Below, one piece after another: positions 51,175 through 63,279 of a stretch of 64,000 nt of DNA (position 1 is the first letter of the stretch; each line of letters opens with the position of its first letter). The position numbers and the translations under genes are program-made. The DNA lies in the NCBI RefSeq assembly GCF_006345805.1, contig NC_043003.1, forward strand, positions 110,918,001-110,982,000, written 5' to 3'. The stretch is from Octopus sinensis. Lineage: Eukaryota. A model generated the notes under the pieces. The model ran no database searches. It was given only the letters and a program-made list of their open reading frames with translations, and was not told the DNA's origin.

Positions 51175-51771
51175 TGTGAGGAGGAGGTTGGTCGATAACA
51201 TTGGCACGAGTGATGAACTGGTGCTTATTTTATCGATCTCGAAAAATGAAAAGCAATGACTACTTCGGCGGAATTTTCACTGAGAACGTAAACACGGACG
51301 AAATACTGCATAGCATTTTGCCTGGCGTACTAACGATTCTACCAGATCACCACCTTAACAGGGCAATTAACAATCCTTTCTCCTACAGGTACAATGGCTG
51401 AATTTTTGCGGGGAGGGGTATAGTCGATTTCAACGACCCCAGTCCTTGATAGGTACTTTTATCATTGACCCCGAAAGAATGAAAGGCGAAGCCGACATCG
51501 GCAGAATTTGCACTCAGAACGTGGAGACGGACGAATTCCCGCTTCGCATAAAACCAAGCCTGCTAAGGATTCTGCCAGCTCCCCGCCTTAACAAAAGAAT
51601 TAATAATAATAATATTGGTTTCAAATTCTGGCACAAAGCTAGCAATTTCTGGGAAAGAGGATTTGTCGATTTCATCGACCCCAGCACAAAACTGCTACTC
51701 ATAACGTGACGATGGGAGAAATATTGCTAAGCATTTCGTCCAGCGCGCTAACGATCTGCCAGCTCATTTCC

Positions 51772-51775
<4 letters not shown>
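51175..51775 (-). mobile_element. Three head-to-tail diverged SINE family B copies
   Basis: Repeated CTAACGATTCTGCCAGCTC...CCTTAA heads on the + strand at ~51330-51360, ~51565-51592 and ~51750-51775, each with GACCCC/GAAAG...GAAAG bodies. Confidence 0.85.
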
Positions 51776-51816
<41 letters not shown>

Positions 51817-52453
51817 TAATAATAATAATAGTGATGATGATGAAGATGAAATAGTGTCCGACTGAATGAGCCGATTTTCCTTAAAGTTATTTCAGGGGAA
51901 CAAACTTAAGCATTATCCATTATATTACTTCCCTTAAAGTAGATTTGCAATTATTTTCTAAGGGGATGTTTTACTGAGATATCAAAGAGCAACTAAATGT
52001 ATTTAGTTGATACATATTATGCATATTACTTATAACAATCGGATTATAGTTATTAGTTTAATTATAACTTCCAATACAATAATCTAATTACAGTACCTAT
52101 CACTATTGTACCTAATTCTGGTAATGAAAACGTTGTAAATAAATAAAAATTAATAAATCTACAGTCAGCCTCAGCCATATGCTACTTAGCAATCCTTTTT
52201 CTTTTCGTTTCTTTCTGTGATCGTTTTTTTCTCTTTCTTTTCGTTTTTTTCTCCTTTCCCTTTTACGATTCCTTTTGATCGAAAACCTACCTCACTTTTT
52301 TTCTCTCCCCCAAAAAGAAAAGCTCTACTTTGTAATCTGTCCCGTCTGTGTGCAGCCCTGTGTGGCTAATAAAGAAACAAATTTTCCAGGCTCCATTCTG
52401 TTTTTCATTTTCTTTTCTTTTTTACCTTGACATACATTTCCATATAATGCTAG

Positions 52454-52638
52454 CTATAGGGAAGATGAAACATAGTGAAGATTATGCTTTCGCTAATAAC
52501 TGGAGATCAAACTTCCCTTATCAGTGGAAAGGCATCTCTGCGATTGACGGTGTCGCGTTTACTGCTCAAAAAAGCAATAACGATAACCAAATTCTTGATA
52601 TTTGTTCCTCCTTTAAACCCTGCAATGGTTACATGTGA
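52454..52638 (+). CDS. Candidate exon (IGKMKHSEDYAFANNWRSNFPYQWKGISAIDGVAFTAQKSNNDNQILDICSSFKPCNG)
   Basis: Polypyrimidine tract, TTGAC branch-like site and TAG acceptor. About 60 open codons of protein-like composition. Loose resemblance to the fibrinogen-domain pattern G..FST.D.DND...C. Donor unclear. Confidence 0.25.
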
Positions 52639-53089
52639 ATTTCAAAATAGTGACAGTAACCAAATACAGACTTAATTACATTCAAAATTTGCACTCGATG
52701 CGAATTCATCCTTCGGAAACTACTGTCATGCTCCTAAATACAATCGCTCGCGAACAACACGCGCGCGTATGCGTATATGTTTGTTTTAGATAATTTCAAT
52801 ATTATTTTATTTCAGCTTAAATAATACTGATAACTAATGAGAACTAAATATGAAATTTAATATATATGTCTTTCGGGCAGTAACTAAATTCGTTATTTAT
52901 TCAAGCTATTTGAATTAACCGCTAGAAATGAAATATTTCGATAAATGTAAAGTAAGTGTATATAAAATCTGGAAATACAAAGCGGCCTCGTAGTTTCCTT
53001 GAATGAAATTAATTATAAAACGTAATTAAGCAATGGAATGCAGTGCTTCTATATTGATTTTATGAACATTATTTTATTCGTTTTATAAC

Positions 53090-53263
53090 CTTTGGCTTTT
53101 CTGGCCACATGCCATTTTAGAAGAATTCTGTCTAAAGTTTCCTGTAATTGGAGTTTTCTGTGTTTCTTTATGTCTATTTCCCCAAAGAATCCCATCTCAA
53201 TTATCCAATTCTGGCACTGAATAGTGTAATTTCCAGGTGTAAATGTTTCGCAAATGGCTCGGC
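53090..53263 (-). CDS. Candidate symmetric (phase 1-1) 174-bp exon (RAICETFTPGNYTIQCQNW...LDRILLKWHVARKAK)
   Basis: Acceptor ATTTTTAATAATGTAG, donor AAG|GTTATA, 58 codons without a stop in AT-rich DNA. No recognised domain. Confidence 0.25.
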
Positions 53264-53539
53264 CTACATTATTAAAAATATAATTATTATACTTTGTTTG
53301 CTAGTTGATAAACACCCAAAAACAATTTTGCAAGAAAACAAAAATATATATATATATACCGGGATATATTAATCTGAAATCCTCATGTGCGCTATGAAAC
53401 GGGAACAACACGAACAATAACAATCAATAATGTTATTTAAAAGGTCTCTTTAGAATATTGTTATTTTAGAAGTGAGTGGCCTGCACCACATGATTTACTA
53501 CCTAGAAAAATTGTTTCTGTGTAAATTTTAAAAACCAGC

Positions 53540-53870
53540 CGAGAGAATAAATACTAAGCTTACAAAGAATAAGTCCTGGGGTCGATTTGTTCGACTAAGG
53601 GCCGTGCCCCAGCATGGCCGCAGTCAAATGACTCAAATAAAAGAATAAAAGAATATTATATTATTAATTGACTTGTTTAAGTCATTTAACCGCGGCGATG
53701 CTGGAGCACCGCCTTTAGTCAAACAAATCGACCCCAGGGCTTATTCTTTGTACACCTTGTACTTATTCTATCGTCCACATTTGCCGAACTGCTAGGTAAC
53801 GGGGACGTAGACACAGCAACATCGGTTGTCAAGCGATGGTAGGGGACAAACACAGATACACACACACACG
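53540..53870. mobile_element. Tail-to-tail pair of SINE family A 3' halves
   Basis: + copy ends CAGCATGGCCGCAGTCAAATGACT...AAGAATAAAAGAAT. The - copy starts at ~53670. Confidence 0.85.
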
Positions 53871-53941
<71 letters not shown>

Positions 53942-55099
53942 TACGGAGATGTACTCGCATAGCAAGTAATTTGATCTGAGATCGTGTGCTGAAACGAAAA
54001 CAATTGCAGCGTGGAACGCCTAGGCGTTGTATCCATTCACGGTTAGACGATGATGAGAGGAACAAACACACACCCACACACACATATATATATATATGTG
54101 TGTGCGTCTATACAAACATATATGTAAATATGTATACAACCTTCAGCAAAGTAAAAGTCATGTACACAACTTGGACGGACACATGCCAGTACACGGACAT
54201 ACGTTCACATACACATACACATGTACACACTCTCACGGACACATCTGCCCATTCTCCTAGACACTCACATACATACGTAGCACATGAATACAAACATACA
54301 TACATACATACCTACGTATGGGCATACATACGTACATACGCACGTACATGTACGCACACACATACATGGGCACATGCATACGAGCGCATATACATACATA
54401 CGCACATGCGTACGTATGTACATACACACATACATACATACATACATACATACATACATACATACATACATACATACATACATACAAACATACATACATA
54501 CATACATACATACATACGCACATACATACGAACAATAGTAAAACATTAGTTCTGTGATATAGAGATAAAAAATCTGATAATAGATTTTAGGGTATAGTTC
54601 TTGTGAGCAAGCGTCATAAATTCACTTTCTAGCCTCGGCCGTAGGGAGTTGAAATTTGATAGCGTTGTGATGAGTGGTCACTCTACATCCATCCATCGCT
54701 ACAGGTTTATAACTTTATGTTTTATAGAGTGTATGTGCGTGCTTATACACACACATACATATATACATACATACATACACATACATACATACATACATAC
54801 ATACATGCATGCATACACAGGCGTATGTGCGTACATGCATACGTACATACATACACACATGTATGCATACATACACACATACATACGTACACACATGTAT
54901 GCATACATACACACATACATACGTACATATATATGACGAACTAACTGTTACTTTCTTAGATGCAGCACGGACTTTGTCAGTGAACAGGTCGCGGATTTTA
55001 GCGACGAAAATATTTTGACAAATAAAACTTAAATGTTGGAGTGAATCGAACGGCTTTTGTGTGTTTCTTAAATGGCTTATAAACACCTTCCACGCTGCA

Positions 55100-55130
<31 letters not shown>

Positions 55131-55134
<4 letters not shown>

Positions 55135-55925
55135 GACACGCTTCTTTCAGTTTCGGTCTACCAAATCCATTCACAGGGCTTTGGTCGGCCCGAGGCTATA
55201 GCAGAACACACTTGCTCCGTGGGTCATGCAGTGGAACTGAAGCTGGATTTGGTAGGCAGAAACTGAAAGAATCCCGTCGTATGTTTGTGAGTGTGTGTGT
55301 TTTTTAGTGTCGGTCGCCCCACCATCGCTTGACAATTGATTTTGAAATAATTACGTCCGTAAGACTTAGCGGTTTGGCAAAAGACTCTGAGAATAAGTAC
55401 TAAGCTTACAAATAATAAGTCTTGGGGTCGATTTGTTCGACCAAAGGCGGTATTCCAGAATGACCGCTGTGAAATAACCGAAACAGTTAAAAGAAGAAAA
55501 TAATAGAAGAATACTCTTTTACCCTTTTACTTGATTCAGTCATTTGAATGCGGCCATGCTGGAGCACCGCCTTTAGTCGAGCAAATCGATCCCGGGAGTT
55601 ATTCTTTGTAAGCCCAGTACTTATTCGATCGGTCTCTTTTGCCGAACCGCTAAGTGACGGGGACGTAAACACACAAACATCGGTTGTCAAGCAATGCTAG
55701 GGGGACAAACAAAGACACACAAACATATACACACACATACACATATATATATACATATATACGACAGGCTTCTTTCAGTTTCCGTCTACCAAATACACTC
55801 ACGAGGCATTGGTCGGCCCGGGGCTATAGCAGAATACACTTGCCCAGGATGCCACGCAGTGGGACTGAACCCGGAACCATGTGGTTGGTAAGCAAGATAC
55901 TTACCACACAGCCACTCCTGCACCT
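55131..55925. mobile_element. SINE family A cluster: - head, + partial copy, complete - copy (55515-55925)
   Basis: Head and tail motifs as at 27432-27912. An inverted junction lies near 55243. Confidence 0.85.
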
Positions 55926-56827
55926 ATGCTGTTCATAAAATCAATAAAGCGGGTCATTCCATTTAATGGACGTTTATTAATAGAGTGACACAATACAGGC
56001 AAAAGTGTCGTATATGAAGTGTTCGTCTTATATATGAAGTACATCATTAGTTTTCTTGCCACTGAAGGAATTGCCCGCCTTCTGACTGTGGATTTACTGA
56101 CAACTAGACGACCTACGTAAAACAAAGCTTGCATTTGCATGAGATAAAAAAAAAAATGATCTTATGTATTCATTGCGAGTTCTGTGTGAATCACAAAACA
56201 GCGGTAACGGAGAGACAAAGATTCCCGTCATTTTCTCCAATCATGACCACTGTAAGTATATTCACAAACAATCATGCGCGCACACACACACACCCACACA
56301 CACACATGCACACACACACACACACATGTACACACACACACATGCACACACACACATACACACAAACATACACACAAACATACACACACAAAAAACTTAC
56401 ATTCGCTGGTGACTGAAACAGAGACTTGGAAATATTTCTATTTTTGAAAACCAGTGGATGTATTCCACTGAATTTTCGGTAAATAATCCTTCGAACAGAC
56501 GGTCAGAAGCGACGCCTGCTGGGTTCGGTTGCTCTACATAGATGGGGGCAAATACCCTGAAAGTAGTCTGTAGGTGCCAGACCAGCAATGGGAAGCGGCT
56601 GACCTCCCCACTTCGAAGGTTATAATGGACACAGGGCCGTGTGTCACATAGGTAGCTAGAGGCGATGGCCTCTTGGAGATAACCAACGGCAGCATACGTC
56701 CTATTTTGCTGGACTGCCATGTTTGCTTGGCGATAACTGTTAATATTAGGTACAGCTGGCGTAGTCTCATTTAGAGGGATTTAGAAATATTATTATATTA
56801 CTCTCTCTCACTCTCACACACACTCTC

Positions 56828-56878
<51 letters not shown>

Positions 56879-56881
56879 GTG

Positions 56882-56943
<62 letters not shown>

Positions 56944-57972
56944 TGAAGCGGCAAAAGTCATCAAAGTAGCAGTAGTAAAATATTATATGTATGATATATG
57001 TACTAACAATACGGGCAATATTAGTCTGTAACCGCCCCTGTAAACTAATTATAGGAAGCTGACATGGTGAAGTGAGGAACGATTTGTCGCAAAGGATGCA
57101 ATAAAAGTTAGCAGGAATTTTGATATTACCATCAACCAACAATTTAAATCCAATATGTTCATGCAATCGACCTCATAAAGGTTTAGACTTCATAATTCGA
57201 TTCTTCTCTTCCGCCGTTTTACAGTCGTTACTATTGCTTCTCGACTTCCAGCACATTTATTAATGATGGGTAGAATATTAAATCTGAAACCGATTCATAA
57301 AAATGTAGTTCTTAAATTCCGTACCCTAAAACACACACACACACACAAGCAAATATATATATATATACAGGGAGAGAGATTGAGAGGCAGAGACACATGT
57401 GCATATATAGAAAAATATATGCTGCGCTTCTGTCTAACAAATCCACTCACAATCCTATGGTCAACTCGTAGATATAGAAGAGACCATTCTAACATGCCAC
57501 GAAGTGGGAAAGAAACTGGAACAATGTAGCTGAGACGTAAACATCTTACTACGCAACCAGGCATACGCCTGTGTGTGCCAATAGAATGATACTTCCCTGC
57601 TGAACTTAAAATTGTCATGTAAATATTCTATTTATGGTTTTATGAACTCGATAAACTTTTCATGGACATAATTAACATTTACATTAGAATAACCATTTCC
57701 TGAATGCTATGTATTTATAAGCTACTTTCAGTCTAAATATGCCTATATATGTGTGCGTATGGATATATAATTATCAAATATGTCACCGTTTTGCGTGTTT
57801 GAATCCCTGCGTTCATATATATATATCTAATGAATGTATTTGTCTGTCTATCTATCTAACTATCTATCTTACATTTTTCTATCTATATATATCTATCTTT
57901 CTTTCTGTGTGCCTGTTTCTATGTCTCTGTCTCTTTCTTTCTCTCTCTCTCACTCTCTATATGTACACATAT

Positions 57973-58137
57973 ACGGTGCAGGAGTGGATGTGTGGTAAGC
58001 AGCTTGGTTACCAGCTACATGGGTCCGGGTTCAGTCCCACTGTGTGGCACCTTGAACAAGTGTCTTCTATGGTACCATCAGGGCATCAAAAGCCTCGTGA
58101 ATGGATTTGGTAGACGGAAACTGAAAGAAGTATGCCG

Positions 58138-58223
<86 letters not shown>

Positions 58224-58391
58224 TGTCTGTCTGTGTGTTTGTCCTCGACCATCGTTTCACAACCGATCTTGGTATGTTTACATCCCCACAACTTAGCGGC
58301 TCGGCAAAAGAATCCAATAGAACAAGTACTAGGCTTAAAAAAGAATAAGTACTACGGTGTAGTTTTTTTACTAAAAGCGGTGCTCCAGCAT
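57973..58391 (+). mobile_element. Near-complete SINE family A copy
   Basis: GGTGCAGGAGTGGATGTGTGGTAAG...GGTTCAGTCCCACTG.GTGGCACCTTG, then (TA)(TG) linker, then tail to GGTGCTCCAGCAT. Confidence 0.88.
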
Positions 58392-58417
58392 TATATATAT
58401 ATATATATTTATATATC

Positions 58418-59275
58418 AATAAGTATCGGGACAGTTGTCATAGTAACGACACTAACGCACGCAGAGTGAGGCCGCCTGGGACTGATTGGACTTGAATGCT
58501 GATGAGTATGCACACTAAGTTTTAATGTTCTAGCTCACTTCTGTTGTTTTGTAGTAGTGCTTTGAAAGAAGTTGTGTAGCGTGTGATCGTTGCATTTATC
58601 ATAAGAGAGTAAGTTGTCATGGCGATACCAACTCTGAGGCCTACTGAAACTCACAGAAATTGTATGAGACCCACACAAGTGTACGAGTGGTTCAGATGTT
58701 TCCAAGATGGCGGCAAAAATGTCAATATTGACGAACGCTTTGGGAGACACGAAACGGGCAGAATTGAGACAAGCATCGCAGATGTGCCTTCAGCTGTGAG
58801 AGGAAATCGTCGAAGCACCATCCGTGAGTTATTGGAGAATGTGCAGATTAGTTTCGGTTCAGTTCAGTCCATTATCACTAAAGATTTGAGTATGAGACGC
58901 GGGTCTGCCAAGTTTGTGCTAAAACTGCATTCAGCCGACCAAAAAAACACTTGCCCTTCAGTAGCACAATATCTCCTTAATTGTGTCGTGATCGATGGAA
59001 ACCTTTTGAAAACTTTGTGTAGGTCTCTGACCTAGTATCGGCAAGCTATTGGCAAAATTTGATGAAGATTCTCTGCTCAACTTTCACTGCTATCTTTAAG
59101 GTGATGATCACACCGCTGCACACCATTCTTTCAAATACTGTTGTAAACAGCGGAAGTAAGCTAGAACGTTAAAACTAAGGGTGCATGCACAATAGCAATC
59201 AAGGTCAATCTGTGCCAAGCAATTTTACTGTTTGCTTTAGCTTCGATACCATGGCAACAGTGCGGATACTTATAG
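58418..59275 (+). mobile_element. Non-autonomous mariner derivative: 5' transposase fragment flanked by ~180-bp inverted repeats
   Basis: ORF 58619-59035 has QVYEWF..F.DG..NV..DERFGR, RR.TIREL and RR.SAKFV. 58418-58600 mirrors 59095-59275, e.g. TAAGTATC.G.AC.GTTG.CAT.GTA.CGA and AGTTTTAA.GTTCTAGCT.ACTTC. Confidence 0.75.
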
Positions 59276-59279
59276 ATCA

Positions 59280-59740
59280 TAACACGTATTCTTCAACACA
59301 CACTAACACACATTTACTTATACATGAACCCATGCGCACATGCACACATATATACATACTCACTCCGTCGTACGCACACATGCACATACATACTACCACG
59401 CATACACATACATTACTCACACAAACACAAACATACGTGCACACAGACAATACCACGCACGCACCCACACACACACTCACACACACACACTCATACTGCC
59501 CATCTTCGCACTCTCCTGCCACCCCCTATCTCTTTCTACTTCCGCTCACGTCAGCAATGTACCTTCACGCCTGCTTTTGACGATTTCATTCTCTTTTTTT
59601 TCTTAGACACTTCCCTATCCCCATTCCGATGAAGAGCAATGCTCAAAATATAAAACTCTCTCTTTTCACCGAGCGTCTAACTAATATATTCCTTATGCCC
59701 GTTCTCTTCCTTTAACTTTACTCGTTTATTTGAATTGACT
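59280..59740 (+). mobile_element. Decayed Neptune-type pLTR end with hammerhead remnant (~59622-59660)
   Basis: CA-rich leader, then TTCCGATGAAGAGC-AAT-GCTC-AAAA and CCGAGCGTCTAACTAATA (compare CCTGAGCGCCTATTAATAA in the 14.5-kb pLTR). Ends at (TA)n. Confidence 0.6.
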
Positions 59741-59743
59741 ATG

Positions 59744-59805
<62 letters not shown>

Positions 59806-60393
59806 CATATGTGTGTTTGTGTGTGTGTACCTGTATGTGCATGTGACTGTATTGAGAGAGAGACAGGGAGAGATAGTTGCATGCATAGATACATATCTAT
59901 ATATCTATCTATCTCCGCCATGAAAACGGAGATCGGATCTATCCAATATCTATATGCTTCCATTACTGGTTGCATATTGTGCTGGACTACATTGTCCAAT
60001 ATTAGGAAATAAATTCGAGCTATCAGAAACAGCTGTTGGACTTGTAATACCACAGCTTCTCACCTTTAATTTTCTGTGTCTTTATATTCTGTGTAAGTTT
60101 GTTCTGTTATTTTATATAAGTATACTTCTAGAATCATCGTCTGAAAGATTTCCGTTTTTGCTTTCTCATTTTTATAATATACAGCCATAAATATCTTGTA
60201 TATCAAACGCAAACGGTTTCATTTATGTATTCGGATCATTGTCACAATATATATTCATTTTCTATTCATTCCGTATCTTGTGGACTTGGTATTCGGTAAT
60301 GGTCTTGAAGTGTAAATTCAAATTATTAAAGCTCTACTAAATGTTTCCTATAATATGAATCTCTAGTTCTCCTTTGTTAAGCATGTATGTATG

Positions 60394-60480
<87 letters not shown>

Positions 60481-60588
60481 ACAGAAAAGAGGAATTTCGA
60501 TTATCCCTACGTGGTGAGTTGTAATGTATATAAGAATTTAAAAAAGAAAAATACGCACACTTACATAGTTATAATATAATTTTTAATA

Positions 60589-60621
60589 TATCGACCGGTT
60601 TCGCTGTCGCTATTCATGATA
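60589..60621 (-). ncRNA. Minimal hammerhead with A3:U8 core variant
   Basis: UAUC-AUGAAUA-GC-gaca-GC-GAAA-CCGG-UC-GAUA. Stem I is 4 bp, stem III is the palindrome ACCGGU, and the triplet is GUC. Confidence 0.7.
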
Positions 60622-60843
60622 ATATGTTTCATTTATTTTAATATATATATTTTCTTAAATCCCCACCCATTACCGAAAGCTGAACAATTATCTCTCTTAC
60701 CAACAACAATAACAATAATAACGACAACCAATTAACTCACTCTATTTATCTACTTGTGAAGTCATTCACTCGTGAATTTCATCACACAAAGCATGGACCA
60801 AATTTCTTCTTTAAAAAATATATATTCAAAAAAGTAAAACATA

Positions 60844-60878
60844 ATATCATGAATAGTGATAGCGAAACCTGTCGATAT
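60844..60878 (+). ncRNA. Minimal hammerhead with A3:U8 core variant, second copy
   Basis: AUAUC-AUGAAUA-GU-gaua-GC-GAAA-CCUG-UC-GAUAU. Stem I is 5 bp. Stem II has a U-G wobble. Confidence 0.65.
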
Positions 60879-60948
60879 ATTAAAAATGATATTAAAACTG
60901 TGTAAGTGTGCGTATTTTCCGTTTTTAATTTCTTATATTTACATATAT

Positions 60949-60999
<51 letters not shown>

Positions 61000-61050
61000 G
61001 TGTGTGGTGTGTGTGTGTGTGTGTGTGTGTTTGTGTGGGTGTGTGGGTGT

Positions 61051-61285
61051 GGAGACGCAATGGCCCGGTGGTTAGGGCAGCGGACTTGTGGTCGGAGGAT
61101 CGCGGTTTCAATTACGAGGCCGGGCATGGTGGGTGTTTATTAAGCGAAAACACCTAAAGCTCCATGATCTCCGGTAGGGGGTGGGTGGCATCCTATTTTG
61201 TGTTGGATCGGGGTGGGGGAACACATACGCCACAGAAACCGGGGAACCGGGCCCATGGGCCTGGGTAGGGTTGAAAAGGGGAGAA
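61051..61285 (+). mobile_element. tRNA-SINE family C, internally deleted
   Basis: GGAGACGCAATGGCCCGGTGGTTAGGGCAGCGGAC (box A), GCGGTTTCAATT (box B-like), and tail GGGGGAACACATACGCCACAGAAACCGGG. Confidence 0.8.
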
Positions 61286-61389
61286 AAATATATACATATA
61301 TATATATATACATATACATATATATATATGCACACACACACACATATATATATATATATACACATACACACACACAGACACAGACACAG

Positions 61390-61442
<53 letters not shown>

Positions 61443-61509
61443 ATATGCGTATGTAATACGTATCTAATTGTTCAGACATACACACTTATAAGCTCAAATA
61501 GACACACAC

Positions 61510-61552
<43 letters not shown>

Positions 61553-61618
61553 ATAATGATAAATATCGGAGTGAGATATCAACAGTAGCAGAAACACATC
61601 GTGATGTAAATATGCCAT

Positions 61619-62012
61619 TTGAATATGGCTAACCCCTAAGGGTGGATGCTACTGTAGTTTTTAGCCCCAGGAAGACATCTCCTCCAGCTGGCTATAGACA
61701 CAATTTCTGTGTCCTCTCAGTATTTGCAAAGGGAACCCATCCTTCCCGTCTTCAACTTATGAACACTGGAAAAAGTATATGTATTTGTAAGGAGAACCTC
61801 CTTCCTATCGACAACTGTGATTGTCACACGCTGATGATAGGTCAATACCTTGAATCTCGGGTCCCTGTGTATCATAAGTTGAAGACGGTAAGGATGGCTT
61901 CCCTTTGCAAATACTGAGAGGACACAGAAAGTGTGTATATAGCCAGCTGGGGGAGATGTCTTCCTTGGGCTAAAAACTACAGTAGCATCCACCCTTAGGG
62001 GTTAGCCATATT

Positions 62013-62015
<3 letters not shown>
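61619..62015. mobile_element. 397-bp inverted-repeat element (arms 61619-61769 and 61864-62015) with a hammerhead remnant in the spacer
   Basis: ~151-bp arms TTGAATATGGCTAACCCCTAAGGGTGGATGCTACTG... are near-perfect reverse complements. The right end abuts (TA)n. Confidence 0.88.
61825..61869 (+). ncRNA. Decayed type I hammerhead
   Basis: CACACG-CUGAUGA-U-AGG-ucaaua-CCU-U-GAAU-CUCGG-GUC-CCUGUG. Stem I has 5 of 6 pairs. A15.1 is mutated to U. Confidence 0.55.
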
Positions 62016-62076
<61 letters not shown>

Positions 62077-62469
62077 TATAAGCAACTTATAAACAAGTGC
62101 TAAAGAAAATTACTTCTATGCCACTATGCTGCTAACAGACTTTGAAATCGTCGTATATATGTGTGTGTGTGTGTGTGTGTGCGTGTGTGTGTGTGTATGT
62201 GTGTACGTGTTTGTGTGTGTGTGTGGAAAATTTGATACGAGTTTGTTAGAGCTTTCTGCCACGAAAGAAATGTCTCAAAGTAAAGAGGAAAAGTAAAGAA
62301 AATTGTTATTACTAAATCAGGACTTAACGAGGAATTTAGAAATTGTAAGTGTCTTCGGCAGCCCATGCTGAATCTTTTATTCCGAAGAATTTAGAAAAAG
62401 TATTTAAAAAACAAGAAATCTTGTGAAACGTTAGAAAAAGTCGGCATCAATGAGGAAATACATTTAAAA

Positions 62470-63279
62470 AAATTGAGCCCGATGATTGGTCGCTCTGTTT
62501 ACGTATACAAAAACAGGCAATTAGAGAGAAGAAATTAAGGAATTAAAAAAGAAACTTCTAAATAAGGAATGGCATAAAATTCCAACTTCAATTTAGACAA
62601 GATGCATTTGAGAAAAAGCGAAATACTCGTGGCCACGATTTTCAATCATCTTACGGTGTTGTAAACCTATAACAGAGATTGTTGTACATCTACTGTGATT
62701 GTCTCATATTTTGCTGTGATGTATAATCCAGATATCATTGTATATTGTTAATTTTAAACTAGTTAAAAGATCTGTATTCTGAGGTGAGTTAGAATGTGTT
62801 CAGGAAACAGAAATGATAATTAAGCGACATGAATTTACATGTCGTTTCAGCTCAGGAAGTGTACGAGACTTGGATGACATTTATGAAGCTGATAACAAAG
62901 ATAGCTATGGAAAAGACATCAAAGTAAATTGTGATTGGAAAAGAAAAGAGCTGTAAATACGAGTAAATATATTCTTAAAAAAGTATATAATAGAAAGTAA
63001 ATGTGCATCATTCCGAGATAAAAATGGATCACTTAACTCTAAGTTCTCCTCCGGAAAATGGTTAATGTATTGAAAAGACATTTATATTTTATTAAATATT
63101 TTATCATTGCATCTGAAGGAAAACTAAAAAGTCCATACATGTCTCTGCAGCATACCTGATTAAATCTACTGATGGCTTAATTAGCATATTCGTGATACAA
63201 GTAATTGCGAATTGGAAATGGAGATGAAGATATTATGCTGCCAGTGAAAAGAAATTGAGCCCGATGATTGGTCGCTCTG
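62470..63279. repeat. Perfect 28-bp direct repeat (62470-62497 and 63252-63279)
   Basis: AAATTGAGCCCGATGATTGGTCGCTCTG appears twice, 782 bp apart, with unrelated flanks. Confidence 0.9.

Larger units (their letters stand above)
60528..60938. mobile_element. Head-to-head inverted pair of PLE-type pLTR ends with a ~140-bp spacer
   Basis: 60528-60660 is about 85% identical by eye to the reverse complement of 60800-60938. There is one HHR-like motif per arm, and microsatellites lie outside both ends. Confidence 0.8.

Noticed and set aside
56450-56770. GC-richer island as a LINE 5' UTR or ribozyme
   Set aside because: No recognisable motif, fold or ORF homology by eye. Left unassigned.
62760-62960. 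Exon-like signals (GAG|GTGAGT donor, TTTCAG acceptor)
   Set aside because: The phases of the two pieces are incompatible and no domain is recognised.
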